NCBI GenBank assembly: GCA_051362555.1 | Contig: CM120646.1 | Span: 17,794,001 to 17,858,000, forward strand | DNA: 64,000 nucleotides | Origin: Lingula anatina | Lineage: Eukaryota; Animalia; Brachiopoda | Direction of reading: 5' to 3' | Part shown: positions 1 through 12,782 of the stretch, one piece after another | How the letters are laid out: the number at the start of each line of letters is the position of its first letter | Position numbering within the stretch: position 1 is the first letter of the stretch | Position numbers and translations under genes: made by a program | Notes under the pieces: model-generated | The model's input: only the letters and a program-made list of their open reading frames with translations | Databases searched by the model: none | Told to the model about the DNA's origin: nothing

Positions 1-295
1 CGCTATTCACCCACTCCCAATCGGCCTCGGGGACCACAGGGGCATGTTCTGCGACCGACCCCTCCGTCGTCTCAGTCGTTGTTTTTGTGGCATCCACCGC
101 TCTGAAGTAAAAGTTTACAGCCAGTACTATACCAGCCGCTAAGACAAGCCACCATAATAAAAGCACGTTTACTGGGTCTAATTCAAGCCATGACTTTGTG
201 GTGAAATGGTCGTATACATTGTCGGCAGCTTCAGCCATATTTGCTGCCGACTCCCCAAGCCGGTACCAGATCAGTTTTATAACGACGTCCACCAT
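1..295 (-). CDS. 5' coding exon of a C2CD2L/TMEM24-like membrane-anchored lipid-transfer (SMP-domain) protein; partial, runs off the left edge
   Basis: Open frame from ATG at 295 to the window edge, absent from the ORF track because it has no stop: MVDVVIKLIWYRLGESAANMAEAADNVYDHFTTKSWLELDPVNVLLLWWLVLAAGIVLAVNFYFRAVDATKTTTETTEGSVAEHAPVVPEADWEWVNS. It has one N-terminal TM helix followed by EWVNS, resembling the start of the SMP domain in invertebrate C2CD2/C2CD2L proteins (from recall). An alternative in-frame start lies at 238. Confidence 0.65.
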   Translation of the reverse strand, partial: MVDVVIKLIWYRLGESAANMAEAADNVYDHFTTKSWLELDPVNVLLLWWLVLAAGIVLAVNFYFRAVDATKTTTETTEGSVAEHAPVVPEADWEWVNS

Positions 296-1648
296 TTTCA
301 CGGCTGTTTTTAAAGGACGAAATTTCTTCGAAAAATGCAGAAACACTCCTGTATTCAGTCAGCTGCAGCTAAGTTTGCAAGCGCTTGTACTTCTACATTA
401 AATTCCTTTGCTATAGCATATTGTTGAATAATTTCCTCCCAAGGAAAACAGAATCCCGGCCCAACCTCGTTTTCGCTGTTGGTCACGTGAGTACTTCGTG
501 GAAACGAGGTTGGGAATTCCTCTTTTGGAAAACACCTGGAAAACACCCCAAATTTTAGAAAATTGTTATCTGACATATTTTTTCATATTTTTTTGAAAAA
601 GGATTTAAGCACAAATTTTGAGCCTATGACAAATTTTATTAACAAAATACATTAGATTATTATGCAGGTGGTTTGCTTTCCAAAGTGTAAGGGATTTTCC
701 CGTGCAGAAAGTAAACAACAATATTTTACCCTCTCAGTCAGATTCTATATCATTTAACCTTTGTCCTTTCTGGCGCGGGGAACTCAAATTATTTTTGCAT
801 TTCCTCACGAAAGCTTTAATAACAAGTTTATAGAGCAGGGTCCAAGGGTTTTTTTCTGCACATTTGTGCTAAAGTTGTATCTCCTAAATTGTTAACTTAC
901 GAAAAAATATTCAAATACATTATCAGGTTCTTAAGTCTATCATATGATTGCTTCTGCATATACTTCGGTATATCAGTTTAATAAACTGGCTTTATATTTT
1001 CTTCTTAGTCACGCAGTTTAAGTGAGTAACAGCGCAGCCTCACTATTCTATAACCAGATGGCTTCAAAAAAAAATAAAAGAAGATAAAAAGGTTTGACGT
1101 AAGTAAATAATTCTCATTTTTTTAAAAGAGTAGACCCAGTTTCATAAATAGAAAAGTCTAATCTCCCAAACAGTGACATGGGATCAAAATTAGGTGAAGG
1201 GAGGAGAAGTGGTTCATGCTTTCAATTTCTTAACTGATTTTTCTTAATTTATATTTTCACATCAAAATATTGAAGGTATTCGAATGATTTGCGAAAATTA
1301 ATGTGTGGCCCGAAGTTTCCATCGTGGCTATGTAGTAAATTAAACCTTGAACATCATTTTGTATTTTCATTGATGGAGAAATTATACCGATCCAGTTACC
1401 AATAGTAAAACGTAGTTTATTAAAAAATTGTAAATCCATTTTTTGCCCAATCCCCTCGATGAATGATATCCTGGATGCATTAGTGTACATATTATGTTAC
1501 TGACCTATGAGATACCGTCGGACCACGACCATTGCAAAGTAACTTTCAACACAATCATAACTTTCAACACAATCATAGAACTAACTTGTCTCAAATAACA
1601 CATTTTAGTCATTGCCTTCCACTGCTCCGTCTACTTGAGCGTGGATAT

Positions 1649-1725
1649 GGTGTGTGTGTGAGTGTGTGTGTGTGTGTGTGTGTGGGTGTGTGCGTGCGTG
1701 TGTGTGTTTGTGTGCGTGTGTGTGT
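1649..1725. repeat. imperfect (GT)n microsatellite
   Basis: Directly visible; it produces the spurious CVCVCV and THTHTH ORFs. Confidence 0.95.
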
Positions 1726-2914
1726 TAGCGTGCACGCGCGTTCGTATGTCACACAATATATACCTACTCCAAGGAGATTATGTTTTTGGTTCCGCTTGTC
1801 TGTTTGTCTGTTAGCATCATTATGGAACAGGGTACCAAATAACAAACGATTAGGTTTTTATAGCGATACATTAATTGATTGATTACTTAATTAATAAAGT
1901 CTGTTAGTCTGTCAGCAACATGATGCAAAAAAGTTATGGAGGATTTTGTTTTTAAAATTTTTAGGATATGTGAAAATGGGCTAGATTATAGTGGTCATTA
2001 AATGATCAATTAATTGGTTTGTTAATAAATTAATTAGTTAGCAGTGCTTAAGTGTAATGAGAATTAAGTTGCCTTTGCTCATGCTTACGTTCTCTGGGTG
2101 CTTCTCCAGTCTACTCTATCTAAACGTTTTTTTTTTTCACTCTCGTAAATCAACGACATCTCGGCTGTATCCCATAAAATATCTAGTATTTGGTGTAAAC
2201 ATGATTTTATCTCTGTGACACGATCTTGTAAACATTTTTCACATACCGCGTATTTTATACAGTCTTTGTTTCAGCTGCGTTTTAACCAAATGTACACCAT
2301 TACGACCAATTACTTCACAGTTGCACACAACACACCAGAGACTTGTCTGAGACAATAAATTTTGATTGTCCGTGCCTGGGAAACAGAGTTAATTAAACCG
2401 CGGACGCTATTAAAATATGCCTGGCAGCTGAGGCTATGGGTTGCCTCACAGCAGGGCTAACACGGACGCCCTGGGATTCACAAGTTTACTGGAGACAAAT
2501 CTCAATTTCCAGCATGCTACTGAAACTGAACTGTGCTCTGTACATACATGTAACTCAGGGTGTGCGAAGGTGTAGCCACTAGTAAGTGCTGGGTCAGAAA
2601 AACAATGCTGCGACACACCGTGTAAGTTGCGAGCGGTTTTGACTTAATTATTGTTCGACCCTTGCCACGTGCGCTCGAGTTCGGACCATTAAAACATTTG
2701 TTGACGTCTATCTCATGCTTTGCCTGAGGACCGAACCTTATACACGAGACAAGTTATACCGTCCCTTCGCTGTCACCTGAAAATAAGTATGAGCACCTGG
2801 GTTAAGCCGTTGTTGAACCGCACGTGTGAGTATGTCACTGAGTAAGTTTGTCACTCACTCTCTCTCTCTCTCTCTCTGTGTGTGTACGTGTGTGTATGTC
2901 ACTGAATATATGTT

Positions 2915-3162
2915 AGAGACCATTCCCAGGCCCTGTCGTACTAACTTTGGATCGAACTATCTCCAAGGGGATTCTCGCTCAATTGGCTTAGATGTCTGTC
3001 ACGCCTACTGAACCTGATAGGGGGTAATTAACTATCGTTTAGCAGCTTTAGTAGGCGTCCCAGACATCTAAGCCACTTAAGCTGAAAGCATGCAATTTAG
3101 CGAGAAACCCCGTGGAGATTGACCGATCCTGTTAGATCGATCTAGGGATGGGAACCCAGTCT
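2915..3162. mobile_element. palindromic (foldback) MITE-like element
   Basis: Nested inverted repeats: tggcttagatgtctg..acgcctact pairs with agtaggcgt..cagacatctaagcca, and atctcca.gggg.ttctcgct pairs with agcgagaa.cccc.tggagat. The outer ends are imperfect. Confidence 0.65.
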
Positions 3163-3402
3163 TATTTAACACTGTGTGTGCGTGCGTCATTTATCCCATA
3201 GTGACGGAGCCCACGATTGTGCTAAAACAGACACCATCATAAGAGAAGCAATTTTTCGCACGAATAAAACTATCCATTTGTTAAATGTCATTATAATTTC
3301 AATATTAAAAAGTAAAACTTAACGTTGTTTTCCACGGTGCTGGAAAAACAGCACAGACTGACGTATCTATATTTCGGTACTCTGATATGCACACGCACAT
3401 TT

Positions 3403-3691
3403 CAGGGGCAGATCCAGGATTATTGAAAGGGGGGTCCGGATTTTAGGAAAAACAGGCTGCGGATGCGAAACCGACCTTTGCAACCCCCTTCTCCCTCCTC
3501 CCGGCGAACGGTGACATTTGGTACGGTTTTGAACTATGATTCACCTAGTCGAAATTCTAATTTCAAGAGGGGAGTATTGGCTTGTTTTTTTTTTTTTTTT
3601 TTTTTTTTGTTTGTTTTTTGTTTTGTTTTTTTTTTTTTCAGAAATCGAAAGGGGGGCAGGACACCCCTGACACCCCCTAAATCCGCCACTG
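3403..3691. mobile_element. non-autonomous DNA transposon (CAG...CTG termini, 5-bp TSD)
   Basis: Termini caggggcagatccagg and cctaaatccgccactg are imperfect inverted repeats. They are flanked by the direct repeat cattt at 3398-3402 and 3692-3696. Confidence 0.75.
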
Positions 3692-4199
3692 CATTTTCTA
3701 TTCCATAAAACAGCATCGATTATCTAAAACTTTATAATAAATAGAAATAACTTTACGAATGCATATCAAATTATTGATAGCTATATACATATAATTACAT
3801 ATTAGTAGCTAATAGCATATTTCGAGGAAACAGAATTTCCACAATTTGTACATCTTTTGATGGTATATCACGAGCGGCTGATCAAGCACGGATATGCGTG
3901 CCACACGCCTCCAGTTAAATTAGCTAATATTCCCGAGCCATGATATTAATACATGTATTGTGACCCCTGTGTAATGTGAACCCGAGAATAACACATCATA
4001 TCCTTAATAATATCCTGTTTCGAACGGAACTCGAGGTCATGGGTAGTTATGAAAAATAGACCCATTTTCCCAAGATACGTGAACGAATGCACAGATGGTT
4101 CACCCGTTGGAAGGTAGGATGACACGTATATTTGTGAAGCGTTAGTTATTTATTTCGGTAAACAGTAATTCCAATTATTAGCTGCTGGTTGAAGAAAAA

Positions 4200-5150
4200 T
4201 AACTGCTTAAATTTTCGCGCGTAATACAGCTAATGATATGGAAAATCTCTTTTGATTTACAAATTTACCAGGTAATGAGCGTGTAGTGTTCTTTTTCTCT
4301 ACCGTGATTTTTACCTGAACTCCTGATTAGCTCGTTGGCATAATTTCCTAAACATTGAAATTTTAAACCACAGAAAGGGACAATTTCAGAAGCACATATT
4401 TCCGTAACAATGCATATTATTTTACAATTAAAAGATTAATATCTTCAGCCTTTTATAGTAAGTTATCTTTTTTAAAACTCTGATGAATGCTCAGAAAAGT
4501 TAAAGCGCTGGAAATGAAGCATAATACAATCTGCAGGGCTTGGATGTTGTGTTGTAGATCACCATGGCTTCATCGTTAGTTGAGGTTTTGTATATCTGAA
4601 ATAAATATGTACTCATTTTTTTTTCTTTTTTGGGTTTGGTTAGGTTTCCTTCTTCGATATGTTGAAACGCTGTTGTACTCTGATGCTCCAAACTGCGTAC
4701 AAAAACAAACGTAACTGAAAATTGGTGATTAAAATGATAAATGCGCTTTTGTTTGTCGAATATCGTGGTGCGACATCGCACAATGGAGCACCGAACCCAA
4801 ACCAGCGTGCGTTCAGTGCGTTTTTACTTGTGGTAAATTCAACTACTCCGGAACTGTAACCTACCAGGAACGATCCAGTCTTATTTTAAATGATCAAATA
4901 TTTAGTTGACCATTTCGTTTCTTGAAAACAATAAAGAGGTGCAGACTAAAACGGTTATTAGTTTTGGGATTCGTTTTATTTGAAACGTTCTATATAACGG
5001 AGCCAGTAAACGGTTCAGACTTTTCGTGGGTTAAACGGGAGTGCACTGGCTATTTACCAGAACGAGGAAGTGCTTTACAGGATTGCCGAAACTGATCATT
5101 CCTGAATGATTGATCAAGGAAATTGTTTTCGCAATCCTACGTTCAATCTA
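4200..5150 (+). pseudogene. decayed LRR (Toll-like ectodomain) relic
   Basis: LRR-like fragments across stops and frameshifts: HNFLNIEILNH, IKRLISSAFYSKLSFLK, KVKALEMKHNTI, VEVLYI*NK, CFTGLPKL. Boundaries are approximate. Confidence 0.35.
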
Positions 5151-5793
5151 TTTTTGATAGACATAACTTTATTATCACAGGGCCATTAGCCTGCAGAAGA
5201 GGAAAGGAATTTTCATTGTGATATGAATTTACTTCTAGGAACGACTCAATATCTTTGACAAGCAAGCTTAGACGGAGCGTAGCAGAAAACGTGGAGATAT
5301 AAAGAATTTGGCGTGTTATTGTTTGTGCACACGGTAAGGAGAATTCATGTTACCTCTGTGTTGCGTTAAATGTTATTTGAAATAAATTTGATGGCATGAA
5401 CACGTGATAGTGTGCATGTGATAATATGGCGAAAATAATCTTTTTAAGAAGCTAAGGTAGTGATACTTACTCTGTTTTTTATGTTGATTTACACTAGCCT
5501 TTATTGGACTCATTTTGTTTTTGCATTAGATTTTTTACATTATATATGTTATTATATCACGGTGCATATACGACTTATTATTATTATTATTCAAGGGTTT
5601 TAACTTTTGTTCCTCTTAAAACTGCGATCCACGTATTTTATATTAAACGGCAAACATGTTTTATTAACTTTTAGGAACCACAGGATTATAACGTCATATT
5701 TGAGAACCAACTAAAACGCCCAGTTAAAGTCAACTGAAAGATCAAGAAGAGTGAATATCATCATAACATTTTTGATCATTTAAAATATTCTCA

Positions 5794-7203
5794 ATGAAAG
5801 AAGAGATGGAAAATAGAGAGTCGCCAGATTCTGGTTTTGCCAACTGCGAAAACTTTTTTCCTCCTGCAGAAAAAGACATGATCGCCTTATATGTAAAAAC
5901 GGCCGAAAATCCCGAGAAACCTATCGAAAAGATCAATATCACGACCAAACCATCAGGTTTACTTATACGACGGAGAGATGTTATATTTTTAGGAATGATA
6001 TTACTTTTCTTAACGTTGGCAGTTCTTATGTCAACTTTGTTCATTCCCAAAACATGTAACGATACGACAAACGAAGAAAGAAGGGTGGCAAAAAATTCAG
6101 AGAAAACGAGACCTTACATCCGTCTGCCAAGAACGCTTCTACCTCTTCATTACGACCTTGAACTTCAACCCGACCTTGACCCATATACGTATTCTTATAA
6201 AGGACAGGTATCCATCAAGGTGAATGTGACTAAATTTACTAGGAATTTAACAATTCATTGCTGGAAAAATCTTACAATTGACAGAACAAAAGTTTTTGAG
6301 GTCAATACCAATAAGGCCGTTGACTTGCGGAATGCCCGCCGTCAGCCGGAGAAAGATTTTTGTATATGGGACGTGACAAGAGGGTTTCTACCTGGCAAGC
6401 AGTATATCATATTCTTCCTGTTTCACAGGGAAATTACTGAAAATATTCTCGATGGGTTGTATAGATCCACCTGGACCGTTGATGATAAACCTGAGTAAGT
6501 TGGAGTATTTGGCCCAGAATGCATAAAGCGGATGATAAAGAAATTCACTTATAAAGCATAAGTTGTTTTCTTGTAATGTAGCTGCCTGTCTTTTCTCTGC
6601 GAGAGAATGTCCTGGGCTCGATTTCAATTGATTTTTACAGGTGCCAATAAGCCCCGTCCTAGATTTTGATCCACTAACGTCACTATAACCCTAACCTGTA
6701 CGAATCTAATGCAAGATGGATTTTCTGTTACACGGGCCCTCATTTTTTTTCTTTTTTTTTACACTGGTCTCCTATAAATGGCAACTTCTTGTCTCATTTT
6801 TGTTAAGAGGACCTACCGCTTTCGTTGTTTACAAGTTTCATTCGCACTTCAAAGCAACGCGGGATGTAAGAGCCGACCGTTTGATCATTTTTCTAATTGA
6901 AAGAAAAACCACTTTTCTGACATGTGTGTAAAGTTCTTTTAAGGAATAGCCTCTCAGCACTCAGACGATTACTTTTGTTTAACTCATATTTGTTTACCTT
7001 CTACAAAACTTGTTTTACTGTAACCATCGAGAGAAAAGCAGGACTTGGGGGGGGGGGGTAGTACCAACTGGTTAAATTGCCTGACAAATAAATGGAACGA
7101 CACAGGTCACCATTAACTTTCCCCGTCCATGTAGTTCGATGTTATTACTGTAGATGGAGAAGGGAGAAGTTGCCCCCTTCCTTCCTTCCTTCATTTATTT
7201 ATT

Positions 7204-7247
<44 letters not shown>

Positions 7248-10200
7248 TGTGTAATTGCTTCGTTTCCTCCCATACATGAATGATCTTCTGTATTTCAAGT
7301 TGTCTAATTTTTGTTTCAGAGTGGTTGTAGCAACTTTCTTCCAGCCTGGAAAAGCGCGCAAAACGTTCCCTTGTTTTGATGAGCCAGAGTATAAAGCAAC
7401 ATTTAATGTCACCATAGTAAGAACAAATAGTACCGTGTCCATTTCTAATATGGAGATAGCAAGATCTGAAACAAGGTACGTGAAAATACCTACCATATTT
7501 TGAAAACTAATCCCATAGCATGGGACAAGTATTAGAATGCTGTGTACAAGTGTATATGGTGTTCTCTTGCTTGTAATAATAAAGTCAATAAATATGTTAA
7601 TTTTCTATAAGTACAGGGTATTGTTGATCATTCTCTCAGCGCTTCAGGATCCAGAAGTATGAGAGACGCGTTGTCCAGTCCGCTCAATGCGGTGACAAAC
7701 AATTAACATCACTATGGGCAAGGACGCCCTTATGAACTTGTAATATGATATTGCCTGATCCAGCGTGAGGGTACCCCGAGTTTCACATTTAGCGGGCAAC
7801 TCAACACTCTTTTATAAGCATGCCTTCGCATGAGATGGTTTTTGGTTTAATGTGGAGACTCGGGGTGATGTAAGGTTAACCTCAGTCTGATGCTGTCGCG
7901 GTTACTCGTTATTTTTTTAAATGTTTTTGTACTGTTATGATAAACATATTTCATGTTGCTTTTTGTTTTCATAAGATTGATTGATGCAATTTTTATGCTT
8001 TTATGGATTTTGCATACTTTGTGTCATGTACGTACATACTGATAAACGTTGATATTCTGAAGGCATTGTTTTGACGGGCTTAAGAAATACGCATTTGTGT
8101 TCGTGTTCGGCTTTTGTCAGAATTGTCAACATAAGAAATTTAAAATATATAATTGTTTTGTTAAAGATATTATTCACAACAATCATATTATTAACAATAA
8201 GAATTATTGAAGGGCTTGGGGCTTGGTTGTTTAATATGCGAATTTTAGCACACGTATTTGTCAGCACTTTGATATATTGGAGGGTGGGTAGAGAGAGAGA
8301 GACGTCTGCCATATAGGCTCCGTTGACATGGAAAATCTATTTTCTAAAAATCTATTTTCTATTCGCGGTATCTTGTGATCACGGTCTGTGCCCTGAATAC
8401 CCCGCGGCGTAATTACTGGCAGCGCGAGCCAGTTACTTCCAAAGCTGTAATTTATTCTCGGCTGTGCTCGGAGTGATCACAAGATACCACATTTAGCGGG
8501 CAACTCAACACTCTTTTATAAGCGAATAGAAAATAGATTTTTAGAAAATAGATTTTTCATGTGAACGGAGTCTTAGTCAATATCTCAGTGGAATCGGTTT
8601 GAAAGAGAGAAAAGGGAGGGGGGTGGAGGATGTAGTGATATCATTAATACACAGAATAAAATTAATTTGTCGCAAAATGTTTGAATGATCAACGTATAAT
8701 ATTTCCAGAGGCGATGGCTGGGTCGCTGATATGTACTACCAAACACCAGTGATGTCCACATATCTTCTCGTCTTCATTGTTGGAAACTTCAAACACAGGG
8801 CGAAAATGACATCCAACGGAATATTGGTGAGATACAGGAGTAGAGTAGTTGACCCCCCCCCCCCCCCCCCCCCCGTCTTATTTTTTAAAGGGGTAATTAA
8901 ATAAAAGATCTTTTTCGAACACTTGTGATAAAAAAATTGAGTGATAAAGGGTGCCTTAACTACACAGTACTGACAAGAGCATCCATAATGGTTTTATCTC
9001 CATGTCACAGGGTCTTTGGAGGTGATAGATACATTATTCTTATTATATTTACAAGCAATATATAAACTGAGTTTAAAAAACAATTATTATCATTATAATT
9101 ATCATTACAACTTACGAAAACCTTCTCTGATCCGTTTTCATTTGAGGGTTCTTTTCTTTGTTCTGTTATTTCTTTGAGTGATAGTCTTTGAATTTATAAT
9201 GCACAGTTGTTGTTTTTTTCTCTTTTTTTCCACATCAGCTACGCGTTTGGGCGAGACCAGGAAAGATCCATCTTGCAAACTATTCACTTGATCTAGGAGA
9301 GAAAATGTTGAACTTCTTCGAGCAATATTTCTACATTACGTGCCCGTTGAGGAAAATAGGTGCATATGCCTTGCTTATGGGTGTTATAATACTCGATATA
9401 AGCATCTTTAATGAAATCTACACATTAAGAGAGATATGTGTGCGATGTAAAATTTGAATCTATTCGGCATATCGCTCTATAGAGATGAAGGTAAAAGAGG
9501 CTGCGTTTGACATCCTGTCACACTGCCATGGCTTGCGACCGCATTAAAACGTATTTGTGGGCCAAAATTATTTAATCAAGCGGTCGCAAGCCTGGTAGAA
9601 CAGGGGTTTTACGTATACCGGTACAGCTTACGTTGTAAAGAAAATTTGTTTTCATGATTTTTTTTCCTTTTTTATAATTGGTAACCGTCAGGCTCTACAT
9701 AGAGCAACCTGAGTTTCGGAGACAATTGGTAGCTCACCAGTATGCAGGCCCGTAGCCAGCAATTTCAAAAGGGTATTTTTCTGAAAAAGTGGACCTTTTA
9801 CAATGAAATCAAATTTTACCCAGATTGGACTTTTACCTGGCAAAAAAGAGCAGTTCTTTCGAAACCCCCCCCCCCCCCCCCGAACCCCCCTGCCTACGGG
9901 CCTGGTATGTGAACACTCGCAGTTCTCTGGTTTGCGGTTTGGACCGGTGAAAACAGACTTGGTGCGTTACCAGTAAACTCTGAACCTCAGGGTACTGCAT
10001 TTGTATCATCAACCACCCTGAAATATTTCTTCTTTGCAGATATGATAGCTCTCCCGGAGCCCGCAGCCTGGGGCATGGAGAACTGGGGAGCCATCACCTT
10101 CCGAGAGCCGCTTGTTTTATACGATGACGCCCACAGCTCGCCGTATGATAAACAGTATGTTCACTTATTGTCGGCCCACGAGGTGTCCCATCAGGTAATG

Positions 10201-11169
10201 GTTTTACTTAGTTCGTCCATCCTCGGGTGTTTTCATTAAGACATCAATAAGATAAACGACGCAGCGGTTTAGAATACAGTGCGCTCCCCCTGTGAATTTT
10301 TTTTCGCGTCACTTCACTATTAATTTGCTTCTAGTTTACCAGGTAATTTACCAAGGTAAACGCTTTACTGACACTGCGCTTGCCTTCCCAATAACTTTGT
10401 TTATAGATATCAAAACAAACGTGAAAGATACTACAAGTGTTGGATTTCATATTTTAAATGTGAGCACAGTTTTAAACAAACGTTATTGATTTTATTTACA
10501 GTGGTTTGGTAACCTCGTAACCAACAGATGGTGGGACGATCTGTGGCTCAATGAGGGGTTCGCACAACTCATGACATACGTGGCCAACGACAAGATAGCA
10601 CCAGATATGAAACTGGTAAGTGTCATCTCCCCACCTTTCTACCTGCGGCGAATGCAGCTAAGAAGAACTGTATATCGTAGAATTCTACGATCTGTAGGTC
10701 GTCTTCTTCATTATCGTTTACTTATAAATCGTCTTCTTCATCAACTAACATTTTGCAATTCAAAACCAATTACCGCTGCAGATTATCTAAAAGTTTAGAC
10801 TGACTTACGGTCTTTAGCTCATTTGTGGACCCAGCCGGTAATGTACTAAATGATGCCATTGCTGTCTAGCATTACTCTAACGCAATGTGATCGTGACTCA
10901 ACTGTACATCGCAATCATGCATCTCAAGATTCTCAACCAAAGATGTCACAGGAAACGTGATTGTGTTTCGAATCGCAAATAAGCATGCCCGTGGGCTTAC
11001 ACATTCCAATATAACCGTGTATTAGTATATAAACATATAAACCCGTTTCTCTTTTTTTCTTCAGTCTGTTTGCATGTGCTATCATTTGTCTTATGCCAAG
11101 CGACAAAAGGCAATACAATTTTTTTAATTTTTATTTTCTTCATTTTTATTTCTATTATTCCATTGCAGA

Positions 11170-11212
<43 letters not shown>

Positions 11213-12746
11213 GAATCAACAATTTTTGCCAGATAGTGTATCTGATGGGCTTATCAAGGACAGTATGAACCTCACCCACAGTATATCTCAACCTGTGTAC
11301 CGGCTCCAAGATATCAAGTTTGACGAAATCACTTATTACAAGGTGAGAGAATATGTAAAGCGCTGCTGCCTGGAACACAATGATATAGATAGAAAAAATT
11401 AATAAAAAGGAAAGAAAATCGATGTGGATGCAGGAAGATAAATGATAACGGTTGAAATAATGTCTTGTATTCGTAAAATGCCCGGTTTAAGCAAAAAACT
11501 GAGAGGAAAAAATCCATTTCTGCGTGCACCGCGTCACCGAAACACGCGTCATTTACTTTTTGAAGTCCCAATTTGTCAAAATTAATAATTCATGTACAAA
11601 TTAGGCGACCTAAAGCTTATACAATATTTTCCATTGTACATTAAACGAAGAAAGACCAAACTATTAATTAGAATGCCTGTAATACCGTCCGCGTTTTTCA
11701 AGAGTTCATTTCAGATATAGGAATTTTCGTCAGGTTCAGGGCAATTACATAAATAGTTCTCACAACAACAACAACAACAAAAAGATTGAACGTATCACCA
11801 AATCAAAGTACCAACTGTCTCTTGTGGAGTTACGTAGAAATAATAACATGTATGTAAAATATGTATGTAAAATAACATATAAACATATGGGTACGTGGTT
11901 CTCATATAAAATGCCTTTGCTTCAGGGTGCCTCCGTCCTCCGAATGATCATTGGGTTCTTGGGGGAGAAAACTTTCCGAAAAGGAGTGTCGGTAAGAAAG
12001 CAACCATCGTTATTTAAATTTCTTCCGGTGATTCATAGTCAACTGGTAGGACCTAATTAAACTAAGCTCTGTTATCGACACGTATCTGCCGTAACTGGCA
12101 TTGGAATGTTCCCAGCAAACATGTAGGCTACCACGTGTCTAGCACGTTGCTATACCTCATTATTACGCCATATCAACGTGGTAGCCAAGTGGTCCCAACG
12201 TGGTAGCCAAGTGGTCCTAACGTGGTAGCCACGCGGCTCAAACGTGGCGTGCTTGTTGGGTGGTAACTTTAAAGTTCTTTCATTGACATGTCTCTGTCGT
12301 TACTGGCAACTGCAGGCACATGGTGCTAGTAGGCTTAGAGTAAAGTCGTCAATGAACTTTAAAATCAAGTTGTAAAATTTACACACATGGCACCCCCATT
12401 TTATATAAGTTATAAGTAAAGTACAAGTAAAGGGAAATCAATTAGAACAGCTAAAGCAATAATTAAAAATGTTGCAGTAAAACAGAGAAAATTCTCAAGG
12501 ATGTTAGAACAATATCATTGAATTATCCATTTTCTTCATTTTCTAAATTAATCTCCAAAGATTATTTGCTATACAGATATGTTGTTGTTCAGTAGTAGTG
12601 AATAGTAGGATGTAAAGAGTATTTGAAAGTTAACAATACTTTCAGAATTACCTGCGAGGGCGTGCCTATTCCAGCGCTGTGACTGACGACCTTTGGTATT
12701 TCCTGACAGAGGTAAGTTTTGGCTTCCTTTGATTGATGGATGGATG

Positions 12747-12782
<36 letters not shown>

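Noticed and set aside
1532-1882. ORFs with CVCVCV, THTHTH, SLSLSL or IYLF repeats (also ~7100, 14100, 52600, 56200, 58000, 59000)
   Set aside because: Translations of microsatellites with no coding features.
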